Below the pieces are notes generated by a model, which searched no databases, had not been told where the DNA came from, and was given only the letters and a program-made list of their open reading frames with translations. From Nitrospirota bacterium (GTDB taxonomy: Bacteria; Nitrospirota; UBA9217), in assembly GCA_029858565.1 (NCBI GenBank), contig JAOUEV010000009.1, forward strand, positions 1 to 64,000: DNA of 64,000 nt, in the 5' to 3' direction. This document shows positions 39,212 through 50,187 of this stretch, in pieces. The position numbers and the translations under genes are program-made. The first letter of the stretch is position 1. Every line of letters starts with the position of its first letter.

Positions 39212-40885
39212 ATGAAACAGACACTAACGGAGATCCTCCTTCAGGCCCTGCGCCGGGCAAAAGATAAAGGCGAACTGAAGCTCGAAACCCAGCCGACCAT
39301 CACGCTGGACACCCCGAAGGACAAGAACCACGGCGACCTCGCCACGACCATGGCCCTGGCTATGGCCAAGGCAGAAGGCAAGCCTCCCCGGAAGGTCGCC
39401 GAGACCATCCTGGCGAACATTCAGGATGAGGAAGGCATCATCGCGAAGACCGAGATCGCGGGGCCGGGGTTCATCAACTTTTTCCTGAAGCAGGATAGAT
39501 GGCGTAAGACGCTCTTTGACATCGACGATCAGGGCCACGAGTTCGGGTTCAAGGACATCGGCAAGGGCGAAAAGGTCCAGGTCGAGTTCGTGAGCGCCAA
39601 CCCGACGGGACCGCTCCACGTAGGGCATGGTCGGGGTGCCGCTGTTGGCGACGCTCTGGCGAACCTGCTGGCCGCGGTCGGTTACGATGTGCAGCGGGAG
39701 TTCTATATCAATGATGCCGGGCGGCAGGTCAAGCTCCTTGCTCGATCGGTGTACAGCCGATATCGGCAGATGCACGGCAAGGATGAACCTTTTCCAGAGG
39801 ACGGCTATCACGGCACGTATATAAATGAAATTTCGGCATCCGCATCAACATCGGCATCAGTCGGACTTGAGTATATCGATAGATCCTTTGAAGAAAGCGA
39901 GCGGGCCTTTGCTGAATACAGCAAGGACCAGATGCTTGCGGACATCAAGAAGGACCTGGAAGATTTCGGTGTCCGCTTCGATGTCTGGTTCAGCGAGAAA
40001 AGCCTGCTTGCGGACGGTTCAGTTAAAAAGTCGATCGAGGAACTGAAGGAGCGCGGTTTTGCCTACGAACAGGACGGCGCGCTCTGGCTCAAGTCCACGG
40101 CCTTTGGCGATGACAAGGACCGGGTGATCATCAAGAAGGACGGCGAGTACACCTACCTTGCCACGGACATCGCCTACCACCGCAACAAGCTGGCCCGGGG
40201 GTTCAGCCAACTCGTGAACATCTGGGGCGCGGACCATCACGGATATATCCCTCGCGTACAGGCCGTGATACAGGCTTTTGGCCATCCCAAGGATTCGCTT
40301 CATGTCATTCTGATCCAGCTGGTGGCCATTCTGCGCCACGGCCAGCCGGTACCCATGTCCAAGCGCGCGGGCACCTTTGTGACCTTGCGTGACGTGGTGG
40401 CTGACGTAGGCGCTGACGCGGCACGGTACATTTTCCTGACGCGGAAGACCGACAGCCACCTGGACTTCGATCTCGATATTGCGAAAGAACAGTCCCGGGA
40501 GAACCCGGTCTACTATGTGCAGTACGCTCATGCGCGCATCTCGAGCATCTTCCGCGAGACCGAGTCCCGGGGCATAAAGATCCCTGCGCGGGAGACCGTG
40601 CAGATAGATCTCCTTGACCTTGAAGAAGAACAGAACCTGATCAAGGCCCTGGCCCGGTTCCCTGAGATGATCGAGGAAGCGGCCCTGGCATATGAACCGC
40701 ACCGTTTGACGTTCTATCTCCAGGACCTGGCCGGCACGCTGCATAATTATTACTACAAACATCGCGTTATTGACGCTGAGAACCCGGCAAAGACCGGCGC
40801 GCGGCTCTTCCTGATGAAACAGATCAGGATCGTCATCCAGAGCGCTTTGAAAATACTCGGTGTTGCAGCTCCTGAAAAGATGTAA
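39212..40885 (+). CDS. argS: Arginine--tRNA ligase
   Basis: EFVSANPTGPLHVGH, WGADHHGY, MSKRAG, YYVQYAHAR, C-terminal PEKM. Confidence 0.97.
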   Translation: MKQTLTEILLQALRRAKDKGELKLETQPTITLDTPKDKNHGDLATTMALAMAKAEGKPPRKVAETILANIQDEEGIIAKTEIAGPGFINFFLKQDRWRKTLFDIDDQGHEFGFKDIGKGEKVQVEFVSANPTGPLHVGHGRGAAVGDALANLLAAVGYDVQREFYINDAGRQVKLLARSVYSRYRQMHGKDEPFPEDGYHGTYINEISASASTSASVGLEYIDRSFEESERAFAEYSKDQMLADIKKDLEDFGVRFDVWFSEKSLLADGSVKKSIEELKERGFAYEQDGALWLKSTAFGDDKDRVIIKKDGEYTYLATDIAYHRNKLARGFSQLVNIWGADHHGYIPRVQAVIQAFGHPKDSLHVILIQLVAILRHGQPVPMSKRAGTFVTLRDVVADVGADAARYIFLTRKTDSHLDFDLDIAKEQSRENPVYYVQYAHARISSIFRETESRGIKIPARETVQIDLLDLEEEQNLIKALARFPEMIEEAALAYEPHRLTFYLQDLAGTLHNYYYKHRVIDAENPAKTGARLFLMKQIRIVIQSALKILGVAAPEKM

Positions 40886-42094
<1,209 letters not shown>

Positions 42095-42128
42095 TGAAGT
42101 TCCCCCTGATTCAGAAGCAAAAGCATTC

Positions 42129-42219
42129 TCTCACGAAGGCACGAAGACACGAAGGAATGCTAAAGAACAGACGCAGATTCGACGTTTCTCCTTTGCGGGC
42201 TCCGTGGCTTCGTGCGATA
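42129..42219. repeat. Octamer tandem/inverted repeat element
   Basis: TCTCACGAAGGCACGAAGACACGAAG ... CTCCGTGGCTTCGTGCGATA. Confidence 0.75.
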
Positions 42220-42274
42220 CATAGATTTTTGATTCTAGTTTAAATGTTTGAATAAATTCCAAGGAGGAACATCC

Positions 42275-42613
42275 ATGTTCGTTTCAATAGCACACGCAAT
42301 GGGCGCGCCGGGCGGCGCCGCAGGACAGCAGGGCGGAGGAGGGTTCTCGGGTCTCATCATGATGGCCGTTATCTTCGGCATATTCTACTTCATCCTGATC
42401 CGTCCCCAGCAGAAGAAGATGAAAGAGCACAAGAAGATGGTCGACGAACTCAAGAAGGACGACAAGATCATCACCGGCGGCGGCATCTACGGCGTGGTCA
42501 AGGCCACGTCGGAGAACACGGTGACCGTGGAGATCGCCGACGGCGTGCGGGTGAAGCTCTCGCGCGGGTCGGTCGCCCATGTGCTGACGAACGAAGAAGC
42601 CAGCAAGGAATAA
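42275..42613 (+). CDS. yajC: Preprotein translocase subunit YajC
   Basis: FYFILIRPQQKK, GGIYG; AAGGAGG RBS; tgt-yajC-secD context. Confidence 0.95.
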   Translation: MFVSIAHAMGAPGGAAGQQGGGGFSGLIMMAVIFGIFYFILIRPQQKKMKEHKKMVDELKKDDKIITGGGIYGVVKATSENTVTVEIADGVRVKLSRGSVAHVLTNEEASKE

Positions 42614-42704
42614 TGCAAAATCCAGAATGAAAAATGTAAAATGACGGCGAGCGCGAAACGCTCGTCCGGTATTTCGCATTTCGAACTTTTTGTTTTGCAC
42701 TTGA
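42613..42704. repeat. Heptamer tandem/inverted repeat element
   Basis: AATGCAA-AATCCAG-AATGAAA-AATGTAA-AATG ... ATTTCGC-ATTTCGA-ACTTTTT-GTTTTGC. Confidence 0.6.
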
Positions 42705-42720
42705 TCTGAGGAGGAATTCC

Positions 42721-44292
42721 ATGAAAAAAAGCATTCAGTGGCGGCTCGGCCTGATCCTGCTGTCGGTGATCGTGGCGCTGTTCCTGTTCCTGCCGTCCAC
42801 GCCCATTGGGGCGAAGCTGCCTGATGTGTGGAAACAGAACGTGTCGAAGATCGCTCTGGGGCTCGACCTCCGGGGCGGCAGCCACCTTGTCATGCAGGTG
42901 GAGACGGACAAGGCCGTGGAAGCGGCGGTGGACAACATCATCGCGGACCTGCAGACCACTGCGGCGTCGCAGCAGGTGAAGGTGGTCTTTACGCGCAGCG
43001 GCCAGGACATCACCGCGAAGTTCGAGGAATCCCTGGAGGAAAAGGTCCGGGATTTCGTGACAAAGACCTATGCCGTGCTGAAGGAAACGTCCCGGGGCCG
43101 CGGCGAGCTGATGTTCGCGCTCGATCCGGTCCGCGCGACCGAAATGAAGGATGATGCGGTCCGGCAGGCCAAGGAGCGGACCGAGCGCAGGATCAACAAG
43201 TTCGGCGTTGCCGAGCCCAATGTGTACAAACAGGGCAGGGACCAGCTGGTGATCCAGCTGCCGGGCATCAAGAACCCCCAGGAGGCGATCTCCTTCATGA
43301 AGACCGCCGGCAGGCTCGAGTTCAAGCTTGTGGACACCGAGTCGGACCTGCAGAAGGCCCTGTCCGGAAAAGTGCCTGACGGCCGGGAGATTCTGTACAG
43401 CGAGGGAGTGGGCGAGTCGGGCAAGATATCCCGCCAGCCCTATATTCTGCACAAACAGACGCTCCTGACCGGCGACCGGCTGAAAGAGGCCAAGGTCGGC
43501 ATAGATGAATACGGCAAACCGTCGGTGAGCATCACCTTCGACGGCGATGGGGCCCGGGTGTTCGAGCGCATCACCGGGGAGAACGTGGGCAGGCAGCTGG
43601 CCATCGTGCTTGACGGCATCGTGCATTCCGCTCCGCGTATCAAGGACCGCATCTCCGGCGGCAGCGCCCAGATCACCGGCAGTTTCACCCATGACGAGGC
43701 AGCGAAGCTGGCTATCGTGCTGCGCGAGTCGCTTCCGGCACCCATGAAGGTCGTGCAGAACGTCACGGTAGGACCGTCGCTTGGCCAGGATTCGATCAAC
43801 AAGGGGGTCCGGGCGGCGCTCATCGGCGGGCTGGTCGTGGTGGTGTTCATGGTCGTGTACTACGGCATGTCCGGCATCATCGCGGACTACGCCATCGTTC
43901 TGAACCTGGTGCTGCTTCTGGGCGCCATGGCCTTCCTGAACGCGACGCTGACCCTGCCGGGCATCGCCGGCATCATCCTGACCGTCGGCATGGGCGTGGA
44001 CTCGAACGTGCTGATGTTCGAGCGCATCCGCGAGGAGATCCGGGCGGGCAAACCTCCGCGGCCTGCCATCGACTCGGGTTACGACAAGGCGTTCCTGACC
44101 ATCCTGGACTCCCATGTGACCACGCTGATCACTGCCGCCATGCTGTTCATGTTCGGCACCGGCCCTATCAAGGGCTTTGCGGTCAGTTTGAGCCTGGGGA
44201 TCATGATCAATCTCTACTCGGCGCTCGTCGGCACCAAGGTGATCTTCGATATCATCAACGCCAAGTGGAAGCTGGAGAAACTGAGCATTTAA
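42721..44292 (+). CDS. secD: Protein translocase subunit SecD
   Basis: LGLDLRGG, VGPSLG, TLTLPGIAG, GMGVDSNVLMFERIREE. Confidence 0.96.
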   Translation: MKKSIQWRLGLILLSVIVALFLFLPSTPIGAKLPDVWKQNVSKIALGLDLRGGSHLVMQVETDKAVEAAVDNIIADLQTTAASQQVKVVFTRSGQDITAKFEESLEEKVRDFVTKTYAVLKETSRGRGELMFALDPVRATEMKDDAVRQAKERTERRINKFGVAEPNVYKQGRDQLVIQLPGIKNPQEAISFMKTAGRLEFKLVDTESDLQKALSGKVPDGREILYSEGVGESGKISRQPYILHKQTLLTGDRLKEAKVGIDEYGKPSVSITFDGDGARVFERITGENVGRQLAIVLDGIVHSAPRIKDRISGGSAQITGSFTHDEAAKLAIVLRESLPAPMKVVQNVTVGPSLGQDSINKGVRAALIGGLVVVVFMVVYYGMSGIIADYAIVLNLVLLLGAMAFLNATLTLPGIAGIILTVGMGVDSNVLMFERIREEIRAGKPPRPAIDSGYDKAFLTILDSHVTTLITAAMLFMFGTGPIKGFAVSLSLGIMINLYSALVGTKVIFDIINAKWKLEKLSI

Positions 44293-44297
44293 AGACG

Positions 44298-44355
44298 GTA
44301 GGGGCGGCCCTGCGTGGCCGCCCGGGTCAGGGCAACCACACAGGGTTGCCCCTAC
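44298..44355. repeat. GTAG-type REP doublet, copy 1
   Basis: GTAGGGGCGGCCCTGCGTGGCCGCCC...GGGCAACCACACAGGGTTGCCCCTAC. Confidence 0.85.
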
Positions 44356-44388
44356 ATCAAAATGACAAAAACGGTTTCGGAGGCAACA

Positions 44389-45297
44389 ATGCTGCAAATA
44401 CTGCATAAGACCAACATCAATTTCATGGGATGGAAGAACCTGTCCTTCTCGATCGCGGCGGTCATGATCTCGCTCGGGCTTCTCGCGCTGGTCCAGATCA
44501 GCCGCGGCAAGGCGAACATGGGCATTGACTTCGTCGGCGGCACCACGGTGCAGTTGAGCTTCAAGGACCGCCTCCCGATCGACGAGGCGCGGACCGCGCT
44601 CGACAAGGCCGGGTACCAGGGGTTCACTCTCCAGGAGTTCAGCGACGGCAACAAGATCCTGATCCGGCTGAGGGAGCATGAGGGCGTCGCCGAGAAGGTC
44701 GTGGGAACCATCAAGACCGCATTTCCCGCCAGGCCGTTCGAGGTGGACAGTACGACCGAGATCGGGCCGACGATCGGAGCGGATCTTCAAAAGGACGCGC
44801 TGCTTGCCGTGGTCTTTTCGGTGATCGCGATCATCATCTATATAGCTATCCGGTTCGAGTTCAAGTTCGGCGTGGCAGCGGCCATCGCCACGATCCATGA
44901 TGTCTGCGCGGTGCTCGCAGTCTTCTGGATCATGAACAAGGAGATCAACCTCCTGATCGTAACGGCTCTCCTGACCCTGGCAGGTTACTCCCTGACCGAC
45001 ACGGTCGTGGTCTTTGATCGCATCCGGGAGAACCTCAAGAAAGCGAGAAGGGAGCCGTTGCCGCAGCTCGTGAATGACAGCATCAACGAGGTCCTGTCCC
45101 GGACGATCATCACCTCGCTCACCGTGGTGCTCGTGCTGGTGCCGCTCGTCATGTTCGGCGGGGAGGTCCTTCACGACTTTTCGCTGGCATTGCTGCTCGG
45201 CGTAATGGTCGGAACGTACTCCTCGGTGTTCGTTGCAAGCCCGATCCTGGCCGTGTGGCACGCGAAGGCCGGCGGTCAATTGATCAGGAAAAAATAG
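44389..45297 (+). CDS. secF: Protein translocase subunit SecF
   Basis: GIDFVGG, IGPTIG, GYSLTDTVVVFDRIRE, GTYSS; GGAGG RBS. Confidence 0.96.
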   Translation: MLQILHKTNINFMGWKNLSFSIAAVMISLGLLALVQISRGKANMGIDFVGGTTVQLSFKDRLPIDEARTALDKAGYQGFTLQEFSDGNKILIRLREHEGVAEKVVGTIKTAFPARPFEVDSTTEIGPTIGADLQKDALLAVVFSVIAIIIYIAIRFEFKFGVAAAIATIHDVCAVLAVFWIMNKEINLLIVTALLTLAGYSLTDTVVVFDRIRENLKKARREPLPQLVNDSINEVLSRTIITSLTVVLVLVPLVMFGGEVLHDFSLALLLGVMVGTYSSVFVASPILAVWHAKAGGQLIRKK

Positions 45298-45336
45298 TCC
45301 CACGGGCGCCAACAGAGAACCAAGGAATATATCCGG

Positions 45337-45368
45337 TCCCCTCCCGTTACGGGAGGGGATTCCTTTTT
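45337..45368 (+). terminator. Rho-independent terminator after secF
   Basis: TCCCCTCCCG-TTA-CGGGAGGGGA then TTCCTTTTT. Confidence 0.65.
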
Positions 45369-45418
45369 GGCGCCAGGGAAGAGCGGGTGAAGCAGGATAG
45401 CACCGTACGAGAAATACT

Positions 45419-46093
45419 ATGAAGAGAAAGACCATACGCATTGCCGGCAGTGATTCTGTTGCCATGGAAATGAACGACCCTGTCGGTCTCACCTGCGGCG
45501 TCGCGGGCTGCGACGCGAACTGTTGCAAGAACGGGCCGCACATCATCCTGAATCCCTATGAGATTGCGCTTATCTGCTCGGCGAGCGGCCTCTCCTACGA
45601 AGATCTGCTCGATGTGGTGGAAACGGACCGTGTGAACGGATTTCCGCTCGTGATGCTGCCACGCGATCCGGCCTGTCATTTCTGGACAGAGCAGGGGTGC
45701 AGCATCTATGCTGCCCGACCCCTTGCCTGCAGGCTCTTTCCCCTGGGCAGGGTTTTTGACCATGGCCGGTCCTTCTTCGTCACGCCGGACCGGAACCTAT
45801 GCAAAGGGCTGGCGCAGGCGCCCAGTCGTACTCTGGCCCAATATCTTGACGAGCAGGACACGAAAACGCAGATCACCATGGCCGACCGGTGGATCGAGTT
45901 CGTCACTGAGATGGAGCAGCAATCCTTTCCGGATAAGCCGGTGACCTCGGTCGCGTTCCATATGCTCGTATACAGTCCGGATACGCCCCCATCTTCCGAT
46001 TCTGCGCAATCACCCGAATCTCCGGAAGATCGGTTCCTTCTTCGCATGGACACCGCGAGACGCAAGCTTCCCCAATTTTTACGGTCCTCTTGA
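45419..46093 (+). CDS. YkgJ/CxxCxxCC family cysteine-cluster protein
   Basis: CDANCC, CHF..GCSIYAARPLACRLFP, CKG. Confidence 0.85.
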   Translation: MKRKTIRIAGSDSVAMEMNDPVGLTCGVAGCDANCCKNGPHIILNPYEIALICSASGLSYEDLLDVVETDRVNGFPLVMLPRDPACHFWTEQGCSIYAARPLACRLFPLGRVFDHGRSFFVTPDRNLCKGLAQAPSRTLAQYLDEQDTKTQITMADRWIEFVTEMEQQSFPDKPVTSVAFHMLVYSPDTPPSSDSAQSPESPEDRFLLRMDTARRKLPQFLRSS

Positions 46094-46141
46094 GCAAGAA
46101 GGTCTCTTGACAGGCCTTCCATGCCTCTATAATATAGACCT

Positions 46142-48637
46142 ATGTGGGGACAGTATATCCTATTGAGCGCTTACCGCCGAACGTTTCCGGCTGCGATTAC
46201 CGCCTGCCTGGTCTGTTCAACGGCGCTTGTGCTCGGAACAGGATGCGCGACCACGGCTGTTAACACTCCGCCCCCTGCCACCGCCATATATCATCATATG
46301 GCGTCCCATACAGCAGCGACCGCTGCCTCCACGCAGTCCCCAATATCCATGCCCGAGATCGCCGATCCCGGAACAGGTTTTCGCGCTGCCATGGATGCCT
46401 TTGCCGCAGGCGACCACGAACGGGCCGCGCTTTTGTGCCGCGGTATGATGGAACGCTATCCGGAAAGCCCCTGGAAGCGCCGCTCGCACTTCCTGCTGGG
46501 GCGGACATTCCTTGCCCGGAACATGACCGCTGATGCGGAAGAGGCCCTGCAGCGCGTGGCGGCGGAATATCCTGATTTTGCAGACTACGCCTTGTTCCTG
46601 CTGGCAGAGCATCTGCGGACCCGGCAGCGGCCTGCGGATGCGGCGGCGATCTGGCATCGGCTGGCCACCCATTATCCGTCGAGCCTGCTCGTTCCCCGGG
46701 CGCTCACGCTGCGGGCGCAGGCGTTGATGGAAGCGGGCCTGCACAAGGAAGCAGTATCGGCCTTTGAGCAGGTCCTGCGCGAATACCCCCGGTCGGACGC
46801 CGCGGCCGATGCCGCGTTCGGGCTCGGGACCGCGCGCGTCGGCGCCGCGGACCTGGCCGGAGCCGCACAGGCGTTCCAACTGGTGAAGATCAAGTATCCT
46901 TCTCCGGAGCGGGACCAGACAGCGGACCGCGCGATCGCCCGACTGGCGGATTACGGGATCGAGGCGCCGCGGATGACCGCAGAAGAACTTCTCGAGCGTG
47001 CGCGGAACCTCTATCGTTCAAGTCAGTTCGATCGCGCGCAGATCTCCTACCTGGCTGTCCTGGACCGCGATCCGGCGCATTCCCAAAAGGCTGAGATACT
47101 GCTCCGGAGCGGCATTGCCCTTTACAATATCGGGAGGCGCGTGGACTCTGCCGCAGTGCTGGAGCGGCTGCTGAAGGCGAAACTGCCGGACTGCAGATGC
47201 GCCGAAGCACTGCACTGGCTCGGCAAATCCTATAGCAGGCTTGGTATGCGCGAAGAGGCCGTGCGCACCTTTCTCCGGCTCACGCGGGACCATCCGGACA
47301 GCGACTGGGCCGATGATGCGCTCTATCTTGCCGGGAACGTGTACCGCGACGCAGGGGACATGAATAAGGCGCTGGTCTACTACCGGAGATTGACTGCGGA
47401 ATATCCGGAAAGTTCTTTTGCCGACAGCGCCCTCTGGTGGGAAGGCTGGAACGCCTACAGTGCCGGTGAATACTCAAAGTCCATCAGCGTTCTGCGCGAG
47501 ATCGTACGCCGCTATCCACGGTCCTTTCTCGTGAACCAGGCGCTGTACTGGATGGGACGGTCCGCGGACGCCTCGGGTGACCAGGCGGCCGCTGCTGCCC
47601 ACTATCGCCGCGTTCTCAGCCACGGGCCGTATACCTATTACGGAACGCTTGCCGCGCAGCGTCTTGAACGGTCGTTTTCCCTGATGCCCGCTTCTCTCGA
47701 CCTGCACGATGGGGCGGAGGAGCAGGATTCGGATCAGACGGAGGATGGGGAAGTTGACGATGACGGGCTTCTGCCCCAAGGAAGTCCTCCTGCATGGACC
47801 GAGGACGCCATTGAAGCGCTGTCGAGCAATCCCTCGTACCGCCGGACCCTCGAACTGATGTATCTCGGCATGAAGAAAGAGGCTGCTGCTGAACTCTGGT
47901 CGCTCCTGGACCTGATGCCCGGCAGGTCGGGCGCGGTCCTGGGACTTTCCAAGGCCTTTTTCGAACTGGGCGACTATCACAGTTCCATCATCATCGTCCT
48001 GCGGAACTTTGAGCGGCTTCTGGAGAGGCCTTCGGAGCGGTTGCCCGAGGACCTCTGGCGGCTTGCTTATCCCCAGGGTTTCTGGCCGAACATTACGTCA
48101 AGTGCGAAGAAATACGGACTGGACCCCTATTTTGTCGCTGCCATCATCCGTGAGGAGAGCCAATTCAGGCCTGACGCGGTCTCTCCGGCAGGCGCCCGCG
48201 GTGTCATGCAGGTCATGCCGTCGACCGGAGAATGGATCGCACGGAATACGGGTATCTCCGGGTTCGAGCGCTCCCGGCTGTTCGAGGCCGAGACGAACAT
48301 CAGTCTCGGTGCCTGGTATCTCGCACATCTCATGAAGAAGTTCAACGGGAGCCTGACCCTCGTGAGTGCGTCCTATAATGCAGGACCGGAGCCGGTGATG
48401 GCGTGGTCAGCAAGACCGGGGGGAACTGCTGATCCCGCGGTGTTCGTGGAAATGATCCCCTATGCAGAGACGCGGGGGTACGTAAAAAAGGTCCTCAGGA
48501 ACTACGCTGAATACCGCAGACTCTACGGTACTGCCGGCCAGGCCATGCTCTCTCCTGCCGGTTATCAGGGCAAGGCCGGCGTTCCGTCCGCGCTGCACGA
48601 GAATGCTCGGTTGTGCAAGGCGGGGGGCTGCCCATGA
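46142..48637 (+). CDS. TPR-containing soluble lytic murein transglycosylase (Slt-like)
   Basis: Long TPR array; AIIREES, GARGVMQVMPST, SYNAG, IPYAETRGYV. Confidence 0.9.
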   Translation: MWGQYILLSAYRRTFPAAITACLVCSTALVLGTGCATTAVNTPPPATAIYHHMASHTAATAASTQSPISMPEIADPGTGFRAAMDAFAAGDHERAALLCRGMMERYPESPWKRRSHFLLGRTFLARNMTADAEEALQRVAAEYPDFADYALFLLAEHLRTRQRPADAAAIWHRLATHYPSSLLVPRALTLRAQALMEAGLHKEAVSAFEQVLREYPRSDAAADAAFGLGTARVGAADLAGAAQAFQLVKIKYPSPERDQTADRAIARLADYGIEAPRMTAEELLERARNLYRSSQFDRAQISYLAVLDRDPAHSQKAEILLRSGIALYNIGRRVDSAAVLERLLKAKLPDCRCAEALHWLGKSYSRLGMREEAVRTFLRLTRDHPDSDWADDALYLAGNVYRDAGDMNKALVYYRRLTAEYPESSFADSALWWEGWNAYSAGEYSKSISVLREIVRRYPRSFLVNQALYWMGRSADASGDQAAAAAHYRRVLSHGPYTYYGTLAAQRLERSFSLMPASLDLHDGAEEQDSDQTEDGEVDDDGLLPQGSPPAWTEDAIEALSSNPSYRRTLELMYLGMKKEAAAELWSLLDLMPGRSGAVLGLSKAFFELGDYHSSIIIVLRNFERLLERPSERLPEDLWRLAYPQGFWPNITSSAKKYGLDPYFVAAIIREESQFRPDAVSPAGARGVMQVMPSTGEWIARNTGISGFERSRLFEAETNISLGAWYLAHLMKKFNGSLTLVSASYNAGPEPVMAWSARPGGTADPAVFVEMIPYAETRGYVKKVLRNYAEYRRLYGTAGQAMLSPAGYQGKAGVPSALHENARLCKAGGCP

Positions 48638-48927
48638 TCGGCGTCCGGCAGGGACGGGGAGGGGCAGGCGGAGGCGATCTGCGAGCGAGGCTCGCGGAAG
48701 TGGAGCAGCGGGTCAAGAACATTGTCCTGGACAATCGGCAGCTGCGTTCCCGCGTACAGGAACTTGAGCAGGAACTGGGCCGTGCGCAGGCGGAACTTCA
48801 GGGCCTGCAGGTCGCAAAGAAGAAGCACAGTGATGTCCGCGGCCGGCTCGAGCGGATACTTGCTGTTATCGAGTCCCTGAAAAGCCGGGACAGGGAAGAT
48901 AACCCGGAATCCACGCCGCAAGAATAG
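48634..48927 (+). CDS. Small coiled-coil protein, ZapB-like
   Basis: LAEVEQRVK..NRQLR..VRGRLERIL heptads; ATG overlaps the slt stop. Confidence 0.55.
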   Translation: MIGVRQGRGGAGGGDLRARLAEVEQRVKNIVLDNRQLRSRVQELEQELGRAQAELQGLQVAKKKHSDVRGRLERILAVIESLKSRDREDNPESTPQE

Positions 48928-49155
48928 CATTGCATCGCTCTGCAGTATTATGCAAAAAAAGGATATCAAGGCCAAGTGTTTTGAATTACGGCAATTCTAA
49001 TAGAAAAAAGTGTGGCAAAAATGTCAATATGGTTCCATTTAGGTGAAAATAAAAGAGAATTGGCCAATGCGTATATTACGGAATTACACCTTTACAGCAG
49101 GCCACTCAGTGGCATATACTCGTAGCTAGTAAATTCTGTACAGAGGATATTGGTT

Positions 49156-50166
49156 ATGAACGATAATAATACCGGTTCCCAGGAAAATGCGTTGGCTGAG
49201 TTGAGTAAGCACACTGGAGCGTTTGTTAAAAAACTGCTGCAGATTGAGCAAAGCATCAATCAAAAAGCTGATGAGTCCGAGATGACTGCTCAGATCGTTG
49301 AAGCGGCCGGTATTATGGAAAAACAGTGTGATGAGTTTGAAAGGGCTGTAGCATATGATAAAGACATAATTAAGAGCGCCCAGGCTCGGTTCAGAGCCGA
49401 TACAGACATCATTTTCCTGAAAAGCTATTTTTTGCTGCGAGCCCGCACGTGGCCGGCAGGGAATGCAGGAGATCACGAAACAATTGAGTCAATATATAGA
49501 AATGCACCACTATCGTCTGGAATCGGACGTATTCTGGATCAGCTTTTCCTGAAATCAACGCTTGCAATGGCCGTAAAAGAGAGAAAGGAAGTCATAAAGC
49601 AATTACTCAAGCGGGAAATAAAAAAAAGAAACGAACCCAAAATGCTCAATGTGGCAAGCGGTTCCTGTCGCGAACTTGTGGAAATAGCGCAAGATATAAA
49701 AACATCCAACACCCATCTCATATGTGTGGACATCAGTTCTCAAGCCCTTGAAGCCGCTTCCATGCGTTTATCATACGCCAACCTCGGGACTGACCAGGTG
49801 CAATTCAGAAAATACAATGCGCTAAAAATGATCAGCTCCGATCGAAACATCAAGGAATTCGGGAAGCAGGATATCATTTACAGCATAGGGCTTTTTGACT
49901 ATCTGAGCGATGACATGTTGGTGCGCCTGTTGAGCGCTTTATATGATTGCCTTGAGCCTGGCGGCGTCCTAATAACATCCTACAAAGACAAGGAACATTA
50001 CAAGTTGTTCGATTATCACTGGCTCACTGATTGGACAAGCTTCTACCAGCGCTCAAAAGAGCACGTGCGTCAGATATATGCGTCAACGAATATTCCAGCA
50101 ACGAATGTTGCCTATGAAAAAATGAATTTGCCGGCTATCTACTTTATTCTCGCGACAAAACCATAA
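49156..50166 (+). CDS. Class I SAM methyltransferase, PhcB-like
   Basis: WPAGNAGDHETIESIY, MLNVASGSCRE, DIIYSIGLFDYLSD, LEPGG; AT-rich. Confidence 0.8.
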   Translation: MNDNNTGSQENALAELSKHTGAFVKKLLQIEQSINQKADESEMTAQIVEAAGIMEKQCDEFERAVAYDKDIIKSAQARFRADTDIIFLKSYFLLRARTWPAGNAGDHETIESIYRNAPLSSGIGRILDQLFLKSTLAMAVKERKEVIKQLLKREIKKRNEPKMLNVASGSCRELVEIAQDIKTSNTHLICVDISSQALEAASMRLSYANLGTDQVQFRKYNALKMISSDRNIKEFGKQDIIYSIGLFDYLSDDMLVRLLSALYDCLEPGGVLITSYKDKEHYKLFDYHWLTDWTSFYQRSKEHVRQIYASTNIPATNVAYEKMNLPAIYFILATKP

Positions 50167-50187
50167 ATTTCAAACGAAAGAACATTG

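Noticed and set aside
42487-45546. 1019-aa minus-strand ORF
   Set aside because: Antisense shadow of secD and secF, which share a frame; no recognisable motifs. GC-rich codon bias explains the lack of stops.
46107-46133. TTGACA/TATAAT promoter before slt
   Set aside because: Hexamers are perfect but the spacer is only 15 nt; not confident enough to list.
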